Position numbers and translations under genes: made by a program. Under the pieces are notes generated by a model. That model was not told the DNA's origin. It made no database searches and was given only the letters and a program-made list of their open reading frames with translations. This document shows, piece by piece, positions 40,407-51,204 of a stretch of 64,000 nucleotides of DNA; position 1 is the stretch's first letter, and each line of letters begins with the position of its first letter. Source of the DNA: an uncultured Spirochaetota bacterium (GTDB lineage Bacteria; Spirochaetota; Spirochaetia; SZUA-6; Fen-1364); NCBI GenBank assembly GCA_963745235.1, contig CAVUXE010000053.1:96001-160000 (forward strand), written 5' to 3'.

Positions 40407-40910
40407 CTATTTCAAAGCCGCGGCAAGGGCCCTTTCATAGGACGGCTCCTTCTCGATCTCCGGCACCTGCTCCGTGTAAAGGACCTTGTTGTGCTCGTCG
40501 AGAACAACGACAGCGCGCGAGAGCAGGCCGGCAAGAGGCCCGTCGACGATCTCCACTCCATAGGCGGTGCCAAAGTCCTTGGTCCTCATCTGGGACAGGG
40601 TCACCATGCTCGTGATTCCTTCGCCCGCGCAGAAGCGATTCTGCGCAAAGGGCAGGTCGTTGCTGATGGTCAGCACGACCACGTTCTGCAGGTCCGCAGC
40701 TTCGGCATCGAACCGTCGCGCCGAAGCCGCGCAGACACCTGTATCCAGGCTCGGCACGATGTTGAGAATCTTGCGTTTCGCCCCAAAGCTCGCGAGACTG
40801 ACGTCTGTCAGGTCCGACCGTGTGAGCCTGAAATCAGGCGCCCGTGATCCGATTGCCGGCAGTCTCCCTCGAGTCTGTATGGCCTTCCCCTTGTGGATGA
40901 TCTCCGCCAT
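40407..40910 (-). CDS. tpx: Thiol peroxidase
   Basis: VPSLDTGVC, ISNDLPFAQNRFC, LLSRAVVV. Confidence 0.95.
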   Translation of the reverse strand: MAEIIHKGKAIQTRGRLPAIGSRAPDFRLTRSDLTDVSLASFGAKRKILNIVPSLDTGVCAASARRFDAEAADLQNVVVLTISNDLPFAQNRFCAGEGITSMVTLSQMRTKDFGTAYGVEIVDGPLAGLLSRAVVVLDEHNKVLYTEQVPEIEKEPSYERALAAALK

Positions 40911-40993
40911 GGAAACTCTCCTTGTATCAAAGGTACCGGCGCGCCTCCGGGAGGGTCAAGAAAAGCCCCCAACCGAACGGAAAAAGATAGACG

Positions 40994-41133
40994 TTGACAA
41001 CTGGCTTTTTTCCTGCATAAAATCTCTAGGTTGCGGCTTGGCAGCCTGGTTGGGCGGGTCACGCGCACGTCCCTATCGCGCTTGCGCGATGTCGGACGTT
41101 GCGGGTGCCTGGTTGAGGATGGGAGGAGGAAAA
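40994..41133 (+). promoter_or_regulatory. sigma70 promoter plus ~100-nt structured 5' leader
   Basis: TTGACA-18-TAAAAT; hairpin 41064-41103 capped by G(CUUG)C; GGAGGAGG SD. Confidence 0.6.
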
Positions 41134-41304
41134 TTGGAGAAAGTGCAGAAGAGAGAGGGGCTCGTCTGCGTCTGCGCGGAATGCAAAAAGGTGATCAAGG
41201 TTGTCGGCAAGGTGGCTGCGGATTCGGCTCCCGCGGTGAGCCACGGGATCTGTCCCGAATGTGCAGAGCGCCTGTACGGCAGCCTGTTCAAGAAGCCCGG
41301 CTAG
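41134..41304 (+). CDS. 56-aa Zn-ribbon microprotein (CxCxxC...SHGICPEC)
   Basis: TTG start after strong SD; VCVCAECKK and VSHGICPECA. Confidence 0.75.
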   Translation: MEKVQKREGLVCVCAECKKVIKVVGKVAADSAPAVSHGICPECAERLYGSLFKKPG

Positions 41305-41319
41305 AAAGTCGGACCCCTG

Positions 41320-42448
41320 TCAGACTACCCGGCGGGGGAGAAGCGGGCTGATGCGGGCTACGATCTCGTAGTTGATTGTTCCCGCCCACTCACCCATCGT
41401 CTCCGCGGTAATCCGCTCCTCTCCCGAGCTCCCCAGGAGCACGACCTCGTCCTCCAGGTGCGCTCCGGGAACGTCGGTGAGATCAACCATGCAGAGGTTC
41501 ATGCAGATCCTTCCGATGACCGCTGCCCGCCGGCCATGGACCAGCACGTGCGCCCTGTTCCCCAGCGCCCGGTCGTAGCCGTCGGCATAGCCGATGGGCA
41601 GTACCCCCAGCAGCGTCTTGCGGGTTGTTCGATAAGAGCACCCGTATCCGACATAGCTCCCTTCGGGAAGCGTCTTGATCTGCACGATCCTTGTCTTCCA
41701 GGAGAGGGCGGGGCGGAAGTCCACCGGGGTTCCCTTCTCCCTGACGGAGACGAAGGTCTCTCGTGAGGGCCACAGGCCGTAGAGACCAATGCCGGTGCGC
41801 AGCATCGTGAAGTGGGTGGAGGGGAACAGCAAGGCGGCGGCGGTGCAGGCCGTGTGGACCCAGGGGAGCCGGCCGGCTGATTCCTTCCACGCATTTCACC
41901 GCTGACTGGAAGCGCTCTATCTGCAGCCTGGCGTAGTCGTGGTTCAGCGTGTCCTCGATATTCGCGAAGTGCGTGGAAAGGCCCTCCAGGGCGACGTTGC
42001 GTGCGCCCTTCACCATGCGGATGAAGTCGGGGATTTCATCCGGCAGGATTCCCTGCCGACCGGTCCCCGTGTCGACCTTGATGTGGACGCGGGCCGCCGC
42101 CGGCAGGGGCGGCATGGCGGAAATCTTCTCGATGGTCTCGCGATTGTACACGGTCAGCGCAAGCTCCGCCTCGATGGCTGTCCCCAGCTCCGCAAGGGGT
42201 ACGTGACCCAGGAGGAGGATGGGCTTCTTGACGCCCAAGGTCCGAAGCTCGAGGCCTTCTTCCAGAGAATTGACCCCCAACCATTCCGCGGATGCGAGCA
42301 GGGGCGCAACCTGCGCCACACCGTGGCCGTATGCGTTCGATTTTACGACGGCGCACGCAGCAGTGCCGGGTGCACTTCCCTTTCGGATTTCCTCCAGGTT
42401 GTGCGATAGAGACTTCCCGTCGATCTCCACCCAGACAAGGCTGCTCAT
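41320..42448 (-). CDS. alr: Alanine racemase; one +1 frameshift near 41870
   Basis: AVVKSNAYGHG (PLP Lys), HIKVDTG, STHFA, RTGIGLYG, GYADG, GRICMN, GTINYE. Confidence 0.93.
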
Positions 42449-42488
42449 TGATCCTCCGCCGTGACGGAGGATAGTATGGACGACCGGC

Positions 42489-43295
42489 GTGAGTCAAAGG
42501 GAAGAAAGCCTCGACGCGCTCGGATTCTACGACGAGCTGGGCGCAGATTACGACCTCATGGTCTCCTGGAAGCAACGGCTGGAGCGAGAGGCCGGCTTCC
42601 TTCGCCGAATGCGTCATGAGTCAGGCGCCGCGAGCGTGCTGGATGTTGCGTGCGGAACGGGCATGCACGCTATTACGCTCGCTCGTGAAGGCATGCGCTG
42701 CGCGGCGGCGGATATCAGCCCGCACATGATCGCGCGGGCACGGCAGAATGCCGCAGCGGCTGATGCAGCCGTGGATTTCAGGGTCGCTGCGTTCGGAAAG
42801 CTCCGCCAGGCTTTCCCGGGCACTTTCGACCTGGTGACCTGCCTCGGCAACTCGCTGCCGCATCTCCTTGACGATGACTCGCTCCGGGAGGCCTTGCGCG
42901 ACCTTGCGCAGGTTCTATCGCCCGGCGGGCTCCTCGTGATCCAGAACAGAAACTATGATCGTTTGCTCACGGAAGGGGCTCGCTTCATGCCTGTCACCGC
43001 CAGAGCACACGGGGCCGACGAGACACTGTTTCTTCGCTTGACCGACATCCGGTCTGGGGACCCGGAGCATGTGGATTTCACGATCGTCACGTTGAGGAAG
43101 AGAGAGGGCGCGTGGAGCCAGTCCATTCGTTCAACGCCGCTTCGGGCGCTGCGACGCCGGTTGCTGGAAGAGTCGCTTCTGCAAGCTGGGTTTTCAGGCA
43201 TCCGCGTCTGGGGCGGCTACGACGGCTCCCCGTTCGATGAGACAGGCAGCCTGGACCTCGTCATTGCGGCCAGGACGGCCGGGCCGCGGCCCTGA
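42489..43295 (+). CDS. Class I SAM-dependent methyltransferase (glycine/sarcosine N-MTase-like)
   Basis: VLDVACGTG, FDLVTCLGNSLPH, LSPGG, RNYD. Confidence 0.88.
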   Translation: MSQREESLDALGFYDELGADYDLMVSWKQRLEREAGFLRRMRHESGAASVLDVACGTGMHAITLAREGMRCAAADISPHMIARARQNAAAADAAVDFRVAAFGKLRQAFPGTFDLVTCLGNSLPHLLDDDSLREALRDLAQVLSPGGLLVIQNRNYDRLLTEGARFMPVTARAHGADETLFLRLTDIRSGDPEHVDFTIVTLRKREGAWSQSIRSTPLRALRRRLLEESLLQAGFSGIRVWGGYDGSPFDETGSLDLVIAARTAGPRP

Positions 43296-44086
43296 ACCGG
43301 TGGACCAAAGCGGGCGCGTTTCCGCATCTCCCCATTCTCGATACCTGCAATCACGGCCTTGAGGGGAACCTTGCGATTGCAGCGGGAGAGGGCATCCTGT
43401 GCAATGGCAAGCAGACCACGGCAGCATGGCACCTCCATCATCACGACGGTGAGCGTGTTGATGCGCGCCGTGTCGACCTTCGCCATGATCTTGTCCCGAT
43501 AAACATCCTTTCCCTCGTCGAGCTTGGGGCAGGCAATGGCGAGGGCTCTCCCCTTCAGGAACTTCCCCTGGAAATCGGGGACCGCATGGGCCACGCAGTC
43601 GGCGCTGAGCAGCACGTCCTGTCCAGCCAGCTGATGAGAAAGAGGCGTGAGGAGTTGGAGCTGGATGGGCCAGTTGACAAGCTGGCTCGTCAGGGAAGAC
43701 TTTTGCGGCCCCGGCGCAGGAGATCCGATACCATCCGGAGCGGCAATGCCGTTCTCCTCAAGGTATTCGATGGCCTGGGAGAGGAGCCGTGATTCACCAT
43801 GGTCGTGCAGATGCTTCAGGTGCGCCCGGATGGTGTTGGCCCCCTGCGGTGCGATGCCGGCCACCACCCGCCTTTCGTCATAGGGCTCCGCTTCGCGTTC
43901 CATCATCTCGATAGCGCCTTCGAGGCAATGTCCAATGCATGCTCCAAGTCCGTCACAGAAGAGGTCACTGATGAGGCGCGCCTTGCCGTCGATGATCTGC
44001 AACGCTCCCTCGGGGCAGTTGGGAATGCATTTCCCGCATCCGTTGCACCTGTCGTGATCGATGGAAATGATCTTTCGTGTGCCCAT
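43217..44086 (-). CDS. 4Fe-4S ferredoxin-domain iron-sulfur protein
   Basis: CNGCGKCIPNCPEGA, CDGLGACIGHC, WPIQL, ADC, ACPKLD, MEVPCC. Confidence 0.88.
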   Translation of the reverse strand: MGTRKIISIDHDRCNGCGKCIPNCPEGALQIIDGKARLISDLFCDGLGACIGHCLEGAIEMMEREAEPYDERRVVAGIAPQGANTIRAHLKHLHDHGESRLLSQAIEYLEENGIAAPDGIGSPAPGPQKSSLTSQLVNWPIQLQLLTPLSHQLAGQDVLLSADCVAHAVPDFQGKFLKGRALAIACPKLDEGKDVYRDKIMAKVDTARINTLTVVMMEVPCCRGLLAIAQDALSRCNRKVPLKAVIAGIENGEMRKRARFGPPVQGRGPAVLAAMTRSRLPVSSNGEPS

Positions 44087-44153
44087 GGCTTGATGGTACC
44101 CCGGCGTCAGCACGGGCGTCCTTGACGGGGAGCAAACGGGGGAGGATGGCCCG

Positions 44154-45170
<1,017 letters not shown>

Positions 45171-45208
45171 TCAAGCGATGTTACTTGTCCGACCAAAAAA
45201 GTCAACAA

Positions 45209-45259
45209 TCAATTCTCCAGGTTGCGATCTATTCTCCAGGTCACGGTCAATTCTCCAGG
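45209..45259. repeat. Three copies of TCWATTCTCCAGG with exact 19-bp period
   Basis: Copies at 45209, 45228, 45247; the third is the 3' end (LEN-stop) of the OmpA gene. Confidence 0.85.
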
Positions 45260-46456
45260 ATCGTTATTTCCACCCTGCGGTTCTGCCTGCGGCCGATTTC
45301 AGTCGAGTTGTCCGCAACGGGAACCCGGGCGCCCATGCCGCGAGCCGTCATCTGCTCCGCGCTGCGCGCACCCAGAGACAACAGGTAGTTTGCGACCGCC
45401 CGTGCGCGCTGGTCGGAGAGCTTCTGGTAGTCCTCTTCGGTATAGCCGGGCGCGCGCGCCGTGTGGCCCGTGACGGCAATATCCCTGTCGGGGTATCTCT
45501 TCAGTATCTCGGCAATGCGCTGGACCTTTTCCTGCTCCGAGGGCAGAAGGGTGTCCGAGTTCGGCGGAAAGTTCACGTTCTCCAGGGTGATCGTCACGCC
45601 CTGGTCCGTTGGCTTGACCGACACGTCGGGAATTCCCTGCTTCTGGATCTCCCGCTGGATCTCCCCCGCCACGCGGCTGCGATCCAGGGGCTGTGCTTCC
45701 ACGAGCTCGCCATCGGCGTTGCCGGCATACTCCACCTCGTCCCCCGTGTTGAAGGAGAAGATGAAGTCGAAGTCCTCCGCGTAGTAGACGGGCCTTTTGT
45801 TCGCGAGGTCCCACCAGTAGCGCTGGTGAGAAAAGCCCGCGATCCTCACCGGGTACATTCCGTTCGTCCCCGCCGGCGGGACCACCTTGTGAAAGATCTC
45901 GTAGCTGATGGTGATGACGGCGCAGGAGACGCCGCCGCGGGTTTCATTGCCCGGCATATGTGTAGCTTGCCGTAATGGGGAAGCTGAAGGGCTCCGTGAT
46001 TCCGAAGCTGCTGCGCAGGTCATGCGTTTCGCTTCCCAGCGCCACCCACGACTGTCCCGGCTGGACGTCCCCATCCGGGAAAAGGGGAACGTCCCGGACG
46101 ACCGGCATGAAATACGACGGGTCGATGGTGTAAGCGCCGCGCCCGTCTCTCCAGAATTGCGAGGTATAGTCCTCGCTCCACTCGTATGTCCGATCGGAGC
46201 CATACGCCCGTTCAGAGGTCTGGAAGGTCACCGAATGGTAGCCGGCGTCTCCCTTCGTGTCCGTCACTTCCACCGAGATCTTGTTGAGGATGTCTGCGTC
46301 ATGAGAGAAGCGTCCGTTGATCGTTACGCTTTCATGGACTCGGGAGACGATGCGGTACTTCTCCCCCTTCGTATATGCGAAACGGAACACCTCGGCCGAG
46401 AGCGTCCCGCTCGCTGCCGCGAGCAGGAGGAGGCCAAGGGAGATCTTCTTCAGCAT
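45247..46456 (-). CDS. OmpA-family peptidoglycan-binding protein; one +1 frameshift near 45951
   Basis: Signal peptide; C-terminal NVNFPPNS, VTGHTA, LSDQRARAVANYL, NRRVEI. Confidence 0.9.
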
Positions 46457-46528
46457 GAAATGCCCCCTGCGGGAAGGCGCTTTTCCTTGACACCCCCCGC
46501 CCATTCGGCTATCTTGAGAAAAATATCG

Positions 46529-48250
46529 ATGCATCCCGACACCAATCAGTCACAAGCAGAAATACTCCAACTCCTGAGAAAAGCGGGATTTCCTCCTCCC
46601 ACCACCGTGCAGGAAAAGCTCGCTCCCCTCATTCTCAAAGGCCGGGACGTGGTCGTGGAATCGGGAGCCGGCTCAGACTCCACGCCGAGTTTCGTCCTCC
46701 CTCTTATTCTCGGCCTGCGCGGCGCAGGTCTTGCACCTCATGCCCTTCTGCTCATGCCGACCGTCCAGGAGGTGGGGAAGATATCGCAGGCAGTCACCCG
46801 TTTCACGCGCGCCGTGAGGGACGTTCCTGCTTTCGTGCCCCTGGGAGAGATCGAGGACGCGCGCCGGGAGCAAAGGCGCCTGGAGAAGGGGGCAACCATC
46901 GTCGCCGGAACCACTGAGCGAGTGATAGATCACCTGCGGCGCGGAAGCCTGACGGTGAGCGATCTGGCCACGGTGGTGGTCCAGGAGCCCGAGGGGGATG
47001 CGCGGGCGGACTTCATCAAGGATGTTCAGTTCATTTTTGCAAGGCTGACGGGGCGACACCAGACAGTTCTTTTCAGCGGGCTGCCCCCGAGCCAGGAAAG
47101 CGAGCTCGCAGCTTTGCTTCACCATCCCGTCGTCGTGAGCGCGGCCCCGTCCGCGGCGGCGCCCGCGTCCGCGCCAGTATCCTCGGGGCAGGCGTCGGGG
47201 AAGGAAAACCTCGCTTTCGAAGTTCCTGCAGGCGACAAGGTCGAGGCTCTTGCCCGCGTTCTCCTGGGCCGCCGGGTCCAGTCGGCCCTGGTGCTCTGCG
47301 CCCAGCGCGCGGAAGCGCAGAGGATAGCGCAGGCTCTCAGGCTTCGCATGTTCCGAGCCGTTGCCTGGCCCGCTGGCCCGGCCGGTGCCGCCCCAGGCCA
47401 GCGCGGCAGACCGCCGCGCGGAGGCGGGGCCCCGCTGGCAGCGGGGGAGTTTGATGTCGTGATTGCTTCCTCCCTCCCGGCAGGGTTTGCGCCTTCCCAC
47501 GTGGTGTATCTCGATGTTCCCGCCGGCGGCCGCTCCGTCCGGTGGACCTCCAATGTCATCGCTCTTGTGTATCGCGGCCAGGACAGGGAAATCTCCCGGC
47601 TGCAGGAGGCGACTGGTGTGACGCTGAAAAAGGGAGAGCTTCCGACTGACAACGAGGTCGTGACTGGCTCCATTGACCGTGTCCTTCGAAATCTCAAAGA
47701 CGATGGGGAAAGAGAGGAGCTCGTGCGCCTGCGGTCCCAGATACGCCGCCAGGTCCCGCTTCTCCAGCGTCCATTGTTCATGGCGTACCTGTTGAAGTCG
47801 CTTCTGCCGCCACGGTCCGCGCCGACGCCGCCACGGTCCGCGCCGACGCCGCCACGGCAGCCGCAGGAGGCGCCGGCCCGCGCTGCATCTGCCCCCGGCC
47901 GGGAGACGTCGCCAGCCCCGGCGGCCAGGCCGGCGAGGGGAAGGTTCGGTCGGAGCGTCGAGGTCCCCAGGCCTCCCATGGAGTCGAGCCAGGGGTTCAC
48001 GCAGCTGTTTGTCAGCATCGGCAGAAACAGGCGCGTCTTCGCCCGTGAGCTCACGGAGCTCTTCACGGAAAAGCTTCAGCTGGCCGCTCATGAGCTGGGC
48101 AGTGTTCGCGTGTTCGACAAGTACTCGTTCGTGGACATCAACCCCGCCCGAGCGGATGAGGCAATCACGAAGCTGTCCGGCAGCGAAGTCAAAGGCCGCA
48201 CTATCACGGTCAACTTCGCCAAGAAGAAGGAAGAGAAAGAGCCGCATTAA
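46529..48250 (+). CDS. Degenerate DEAD-box-like protein with C-terminal DbpA RNA-binding domain
   Basis: Q motif GFPPPTTVQ; degenerate motifs I-III; C-terminal LFVSIGRNRRV...FDKYSFVDI...KGRTITVNFAK. Confidence 0.8.
   Translation: MHPDTNQSQAEILQLLRKAGFPPPTTVQEKLAPLILKGRDVVVESGAGSDSTPSFVLPLILGLRGAGLAPHALLLMPTVQEVGKISQAVTRFTRAVRDVPAFVPLGEIEDARREQRRLEKGATIVAGTTERVIDHLRRGSLTVSDLATVVVQEPEGDARADFIKDVQFIFARLTGRHQTVLFSGLPPSQESELAALLHHPVVVSAAPSAAAPASAPVSSGQASGKENLAFEVPAGDKVEALARVLLGRRVQSALVLCAQRAEAQRIAQALRLRMFRAVAWPAGPAGAAPGQRGRPPRGGGAPLAAGEFDVVIASSLPAGFAPSHVVYLDVPAGGRSVRWTSNVIALVYRGQDREISRLQEATGVTLKKGELPTDNEVVTGSIDRVLRNLKDDGEREELVRLRSQIRRQVPLLQRPLFMAYLLKSLLPPRSAPTPPRSAPTPPRQPQEAPARAASAPGRETSPAPAARPARGRFGRSVEVPRPPMESSQGFTQLFVSIGRNRRVFARELTELFTEKLQLAAHELGSVRVFDKYSFVDINPARADEAITKLSGSEVKGRTITVNFAKKKEEKEPH
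47806..47857 (+). repeat. 21-bp in-frame tandem repeat (PPRSAPT)x2.5
   Basis: GCCGCCACGGTCCGCGCCGAC repeated in the linker before the DbpA domain. Confidence 0.9.
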
Positions 48251-48831
48251 TGTCCACGGAGCTCCTGGAGACCGGGCAGTCGACGCTCCCTCTGTTCCTG
48301 GTGCCTCCGGGAGGAGCCCTGGAGGTTGAGATCGGCTGCGGGAACGGCCATTTCCTCTGCGAGTACGCCTCTGAAAAGCGGGGCGCAATTCTTCTTGGCA
48401 TCGACATCAAGAGCAGGAGATGCACCAAGGCCCGGGAAAAAGCCGAGCGCCGCGGGTATCGCAACATCGTCATTGTCAACGCGAACGCCGAAAGGATCCT
48501 TCGTGATCTCCCGGAAGCCTCCGTGGATGCGTTTCATGTCTATTTTCCTGATCCGTGGCCCAAGAGCCGGCACAGGAAGAGAAGGTTTTTCACAATGCAA
48601 AACCTTCTTGTCATGTACGACCTGCTGAAGGACGGCGGCAGGCTGCATTTTGGCACTGATTTCTTCGACTATTACATCCAGGCCAAGGTGCTTGTGGCCC
48701 TTCATCCCGGGCTTTCCATCACGGAAGAACCGGCACCGGCCTCCGTGCTCACCTCGCTCTACGGTCGGAAGTTCTCCAGCGCAAGCAAGCGGATCCTCAT
48801 CTTCAGCGCGGTCAAGGGCTTCAACGGATGA
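48250..48831 (+). CDS. trmB: tRNA (guanine-N7)-methyltransferase
   Basis: EIGCGNG, YFPDPWPKSRHRKRR, GTD, TSLYGRK; TAATG overlap with upstream gene. Confidence 0.9.
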   Translation: MSTELLETGQSTLPLFLVPPGGALEVEIGCGNGHFLCEYASEKRGAILLGIDIKSRRCTKAREKAERRGYRNIVIVNANAERILRDLPEASVDAFHVYFPDPWPKSRHRKRRFFTMQNLLVMYDLLKDGGRLHFGTDFFDYYIQAKVLVALHPGLSITEEPAPASVLTSLYGRKFSSASKRILIFSAVKGFNG

Positions 48832-50053
48832 GAAACGACAGCAGGAAGAACATGAGTGGGATGTTGATCGCGGTATTGAGAATGATGAAGAGAGCTGAGA
48901 CCATGGCGAAGACGGCCGCCATGCGGCCGCTTTTGACGGAGATGGCTTCCGGGTCTCCCCGGAGGAGGACAAGCTCAGCCATCGGGTCTTCGGGCTTCGA
49001 CAGCACGAACCTTTCACCTTCCATCCGGTAACCCCCGAACACCACGCACTCTCCCGTCCCCGTTCCGCCGCGCGAGGCGCGCCGGGAGACGTCGGAGTCG
49101 ATCTTCCTGAGGTCGGGAGGAAGCACCACGGTGTGCCCATCCGCTGTGAGCAGGCTCTCTTCCTGCGCCGCGGCGGTTCCCCGTACCATGATGTAGGGCT
49201 CCCTGTCCGGCAGAAGCGTTGTCCTCCTGATGCCGCCATCGTCAGACGCCGAAGGGAAATAGCGCAGCGGCAGGCGCGCGATGTCTCTCTGCACCCTCAT
49301 GAGCCGGGCTTTCTTCCAGAAGCTGCGATAGGCGAAGTACAGGGGGAATCCGGGCGGGAGGAACGGAGAGACCGGGGCAAGACCGGCGGCAAGCGCCACG
49401 AGGGCCAGGATCCTGGCCTCGGGAACGGCGAGCAGCGAGTAGGCCAGGAGGATGAGCGAGAGAGAGCCGATGGCGACGGAAGGGAGAGTGAAGGGGTTCA
49501 TGTACTCGTTGCGCTGCCGTCCTCCCCTGATGGCGGATTCGACGATGCTTTCCCGGGGGCAGTCGTGGATCACGACCAGGAGACGCGCCCGTCCGTACCC
49601 CCGAAAGACGCCTCTGCCCTCCTCTGAAAAGAGAGCCCCGCCGACGAAAACCGGCGTGCCTTCCGGCAGCGAGAAGATCCTGCTCCACGGCATGCTGCGC
49701 AGCTCGGTGTCCTCACCGGCAGAAGTGCCGCTGTTTTCCTGCTCGCCGTTTTCCGGGATCAGGTAGACGTGGACATTCCTGAGGTCCGCTGCCACCGAGA
49801 ACCGACCGTTGGTGATCCATATCCGGTGCTCTCCCTGAATGGCCTCGAGGGAGCCGAAGAAGCGGAACAAGCCGATGAACGCGTTGCGTTCCCGGCCGAC
49901 CGCGTGGGGCGTTGCGGTGGGATAGCGCGACACTTCGCGGATGGTCTGACGGAAGACCCTCCAGCGCCCGCGGACTCGGAATGCGCCAATTCCGGGGAGC
50001 GCCGCGTAAAAAAGCAGGGCGATTGCAAGGATCAGGGTGAGATACCACATCAT
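48821..50053 (-). CDS. Conserved hypothetical membrane protein
   Basis: Long ORF with about four TM segments; no recognisable catalytic motif. Confidence 0.7.
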   Translation of the reverse strand: MMWYLTLILAIALLFYAALPGIGAFRVRGRWRVFRQTIREVSRYPTATPHAVGRERNAFIGLFRFFGSLEAIQGEHRIWITNGRFSVAADLRNVHVYLIPENGEQENSGTSAGEDTELRSMPWSRIFSLPEGTPVFVGGALFSEEGRGVFRGYGRARLLVVIHDCPRESIVESAIRGGRQRNEYMNPFTLPSVAIGSLSLILLAYSLLAVPEARILALVALAAGLAPVSPFLPPGFPLYFAYRSFWKKARLMRVQRDIARLPLRYFPSASDDGGIRRTTLLPDREPYIMVRGTAAAQEESLLTADGHTVVLPPDLRKIDSDVSRRASRGGTGTGECVVFGGYRMEGERFVLSKPEDPMAELVLLRGDPEAISVKSGRMAAVFAMVSALFIILNTAINIPLMFFLLSFLIR

Positions 50054-50100
50054 GGCGCGTATTGATAAAGGCCGGCGAATCCTTTAGGCTAGAGTATATC

Positions 50101-51100
50101 ATGGTGGAAAGAGTTGTCGTAGGTCCCTGGAAAACAAATTGTTACATATATTCGAGCACCAAGAAGGAATGCATCGTCATTGATCCGGGCGGGGATGAGG
50201 AGGAGATTGCCTCCCGCGTTGACGTTCTGAACATGGTCCCCATCGGCATTGCTCTCACGCACGGCCACGTGGACCACCTTGCAGCTCTGGGAAGGCTCCA
50301 GGCAAGCTATGCGTCCCGTGGATACACCCTCCCCATTGCAATCAGCCCGGCCGACCGCCGCTTCCTTGGCAGCGGCGCGGTTGAGGCGCACAAGGAGAGC
50401 CTCAAGGTCCACTCCCTCGACGAGATGGATTTTTTCACGGGGGACACGCCGGACCTTCCCAAGGCGGATGTGAAGCTCAAGGAGGGGGACCGGGTCTTCG
50501 ACATGGACCTGGTGGTCATCGAGACCCCAGGACACACGCCGGGGAGCCTCTGCTTCTACAGCGAGAAGGAGGGAGTGCTTTTCTCCGGCGACACCCTGTT
50601 CTTTGACGGGGTGGGAAGATCTGATCTGCCCGGCGGGAGCGAGAAGAAGCTCAGGGAAAGCATTGCAGAAAAAAATCGCCGTGCTTCCCCCCGAGACCCG
50701 GGTGTTCCCGGGGCACGGTCCGTTCACCACGGTCGAGAGAGAACGGCGCGGCAACCCATTCTTCCGCCAGCCCCCTCCCGAGCCAAAACCGTCGGAGCCG
50801 CAGAAGCGCGCCAAGCTCCCCGCGGGGAAGCCGCCGAAAAAGCGGGTGTCAGCCAGGGCAAAGCCCGCGCGCCGCCCCAAGGCGCAGCGGGCCGGGGCGC
50901 GTGCCCGGCAAAAAACCGCCGCGTTCCGCAACGGGAAGCCGAAGGCGGCTCGCCCGAAGATCGTGAAAGGGCAGGTTCGCTCGGCCAAGCGAGTAGCGGG
51001 GAAGGCCGGCGCAAAGAAGGCTCGGACGGTTTCTGTAGCCCGGGCTCAGGCAGGGAAGTCCTCCGCTCGGCATGTTGCCGGAAAGAAGAAGGGCCGCTAG
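50101..51100 (+). CDS. MBL-fold metallo-hydrolase (glyoxalase II-like) with K/R/A-rich C-terminal tail; +1 frameshift at A-run ~50670
   Basis: THGHVDH, TPGHTPG, FSGDTLF, GRSDLPGG, then VFPGHG in the next frame. Confidence 0.85.
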
Positions 51101-51204
51101 CCCGTTCGCCACCAGCGGGGCCACCACCGGCAGCCACTGTCAGGTCCACCGCTCCCTTGCCGCGAGCCCGTCAACCGCTCGCCGCTCTCTCGCGAGCCGG
51201 CTTA

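Noticed and set aside
45209-45259. Mini-CRISPR
   Set aside because: 13-bp repeats with 6-nt spacers are far too short, and one copy is coding sequence
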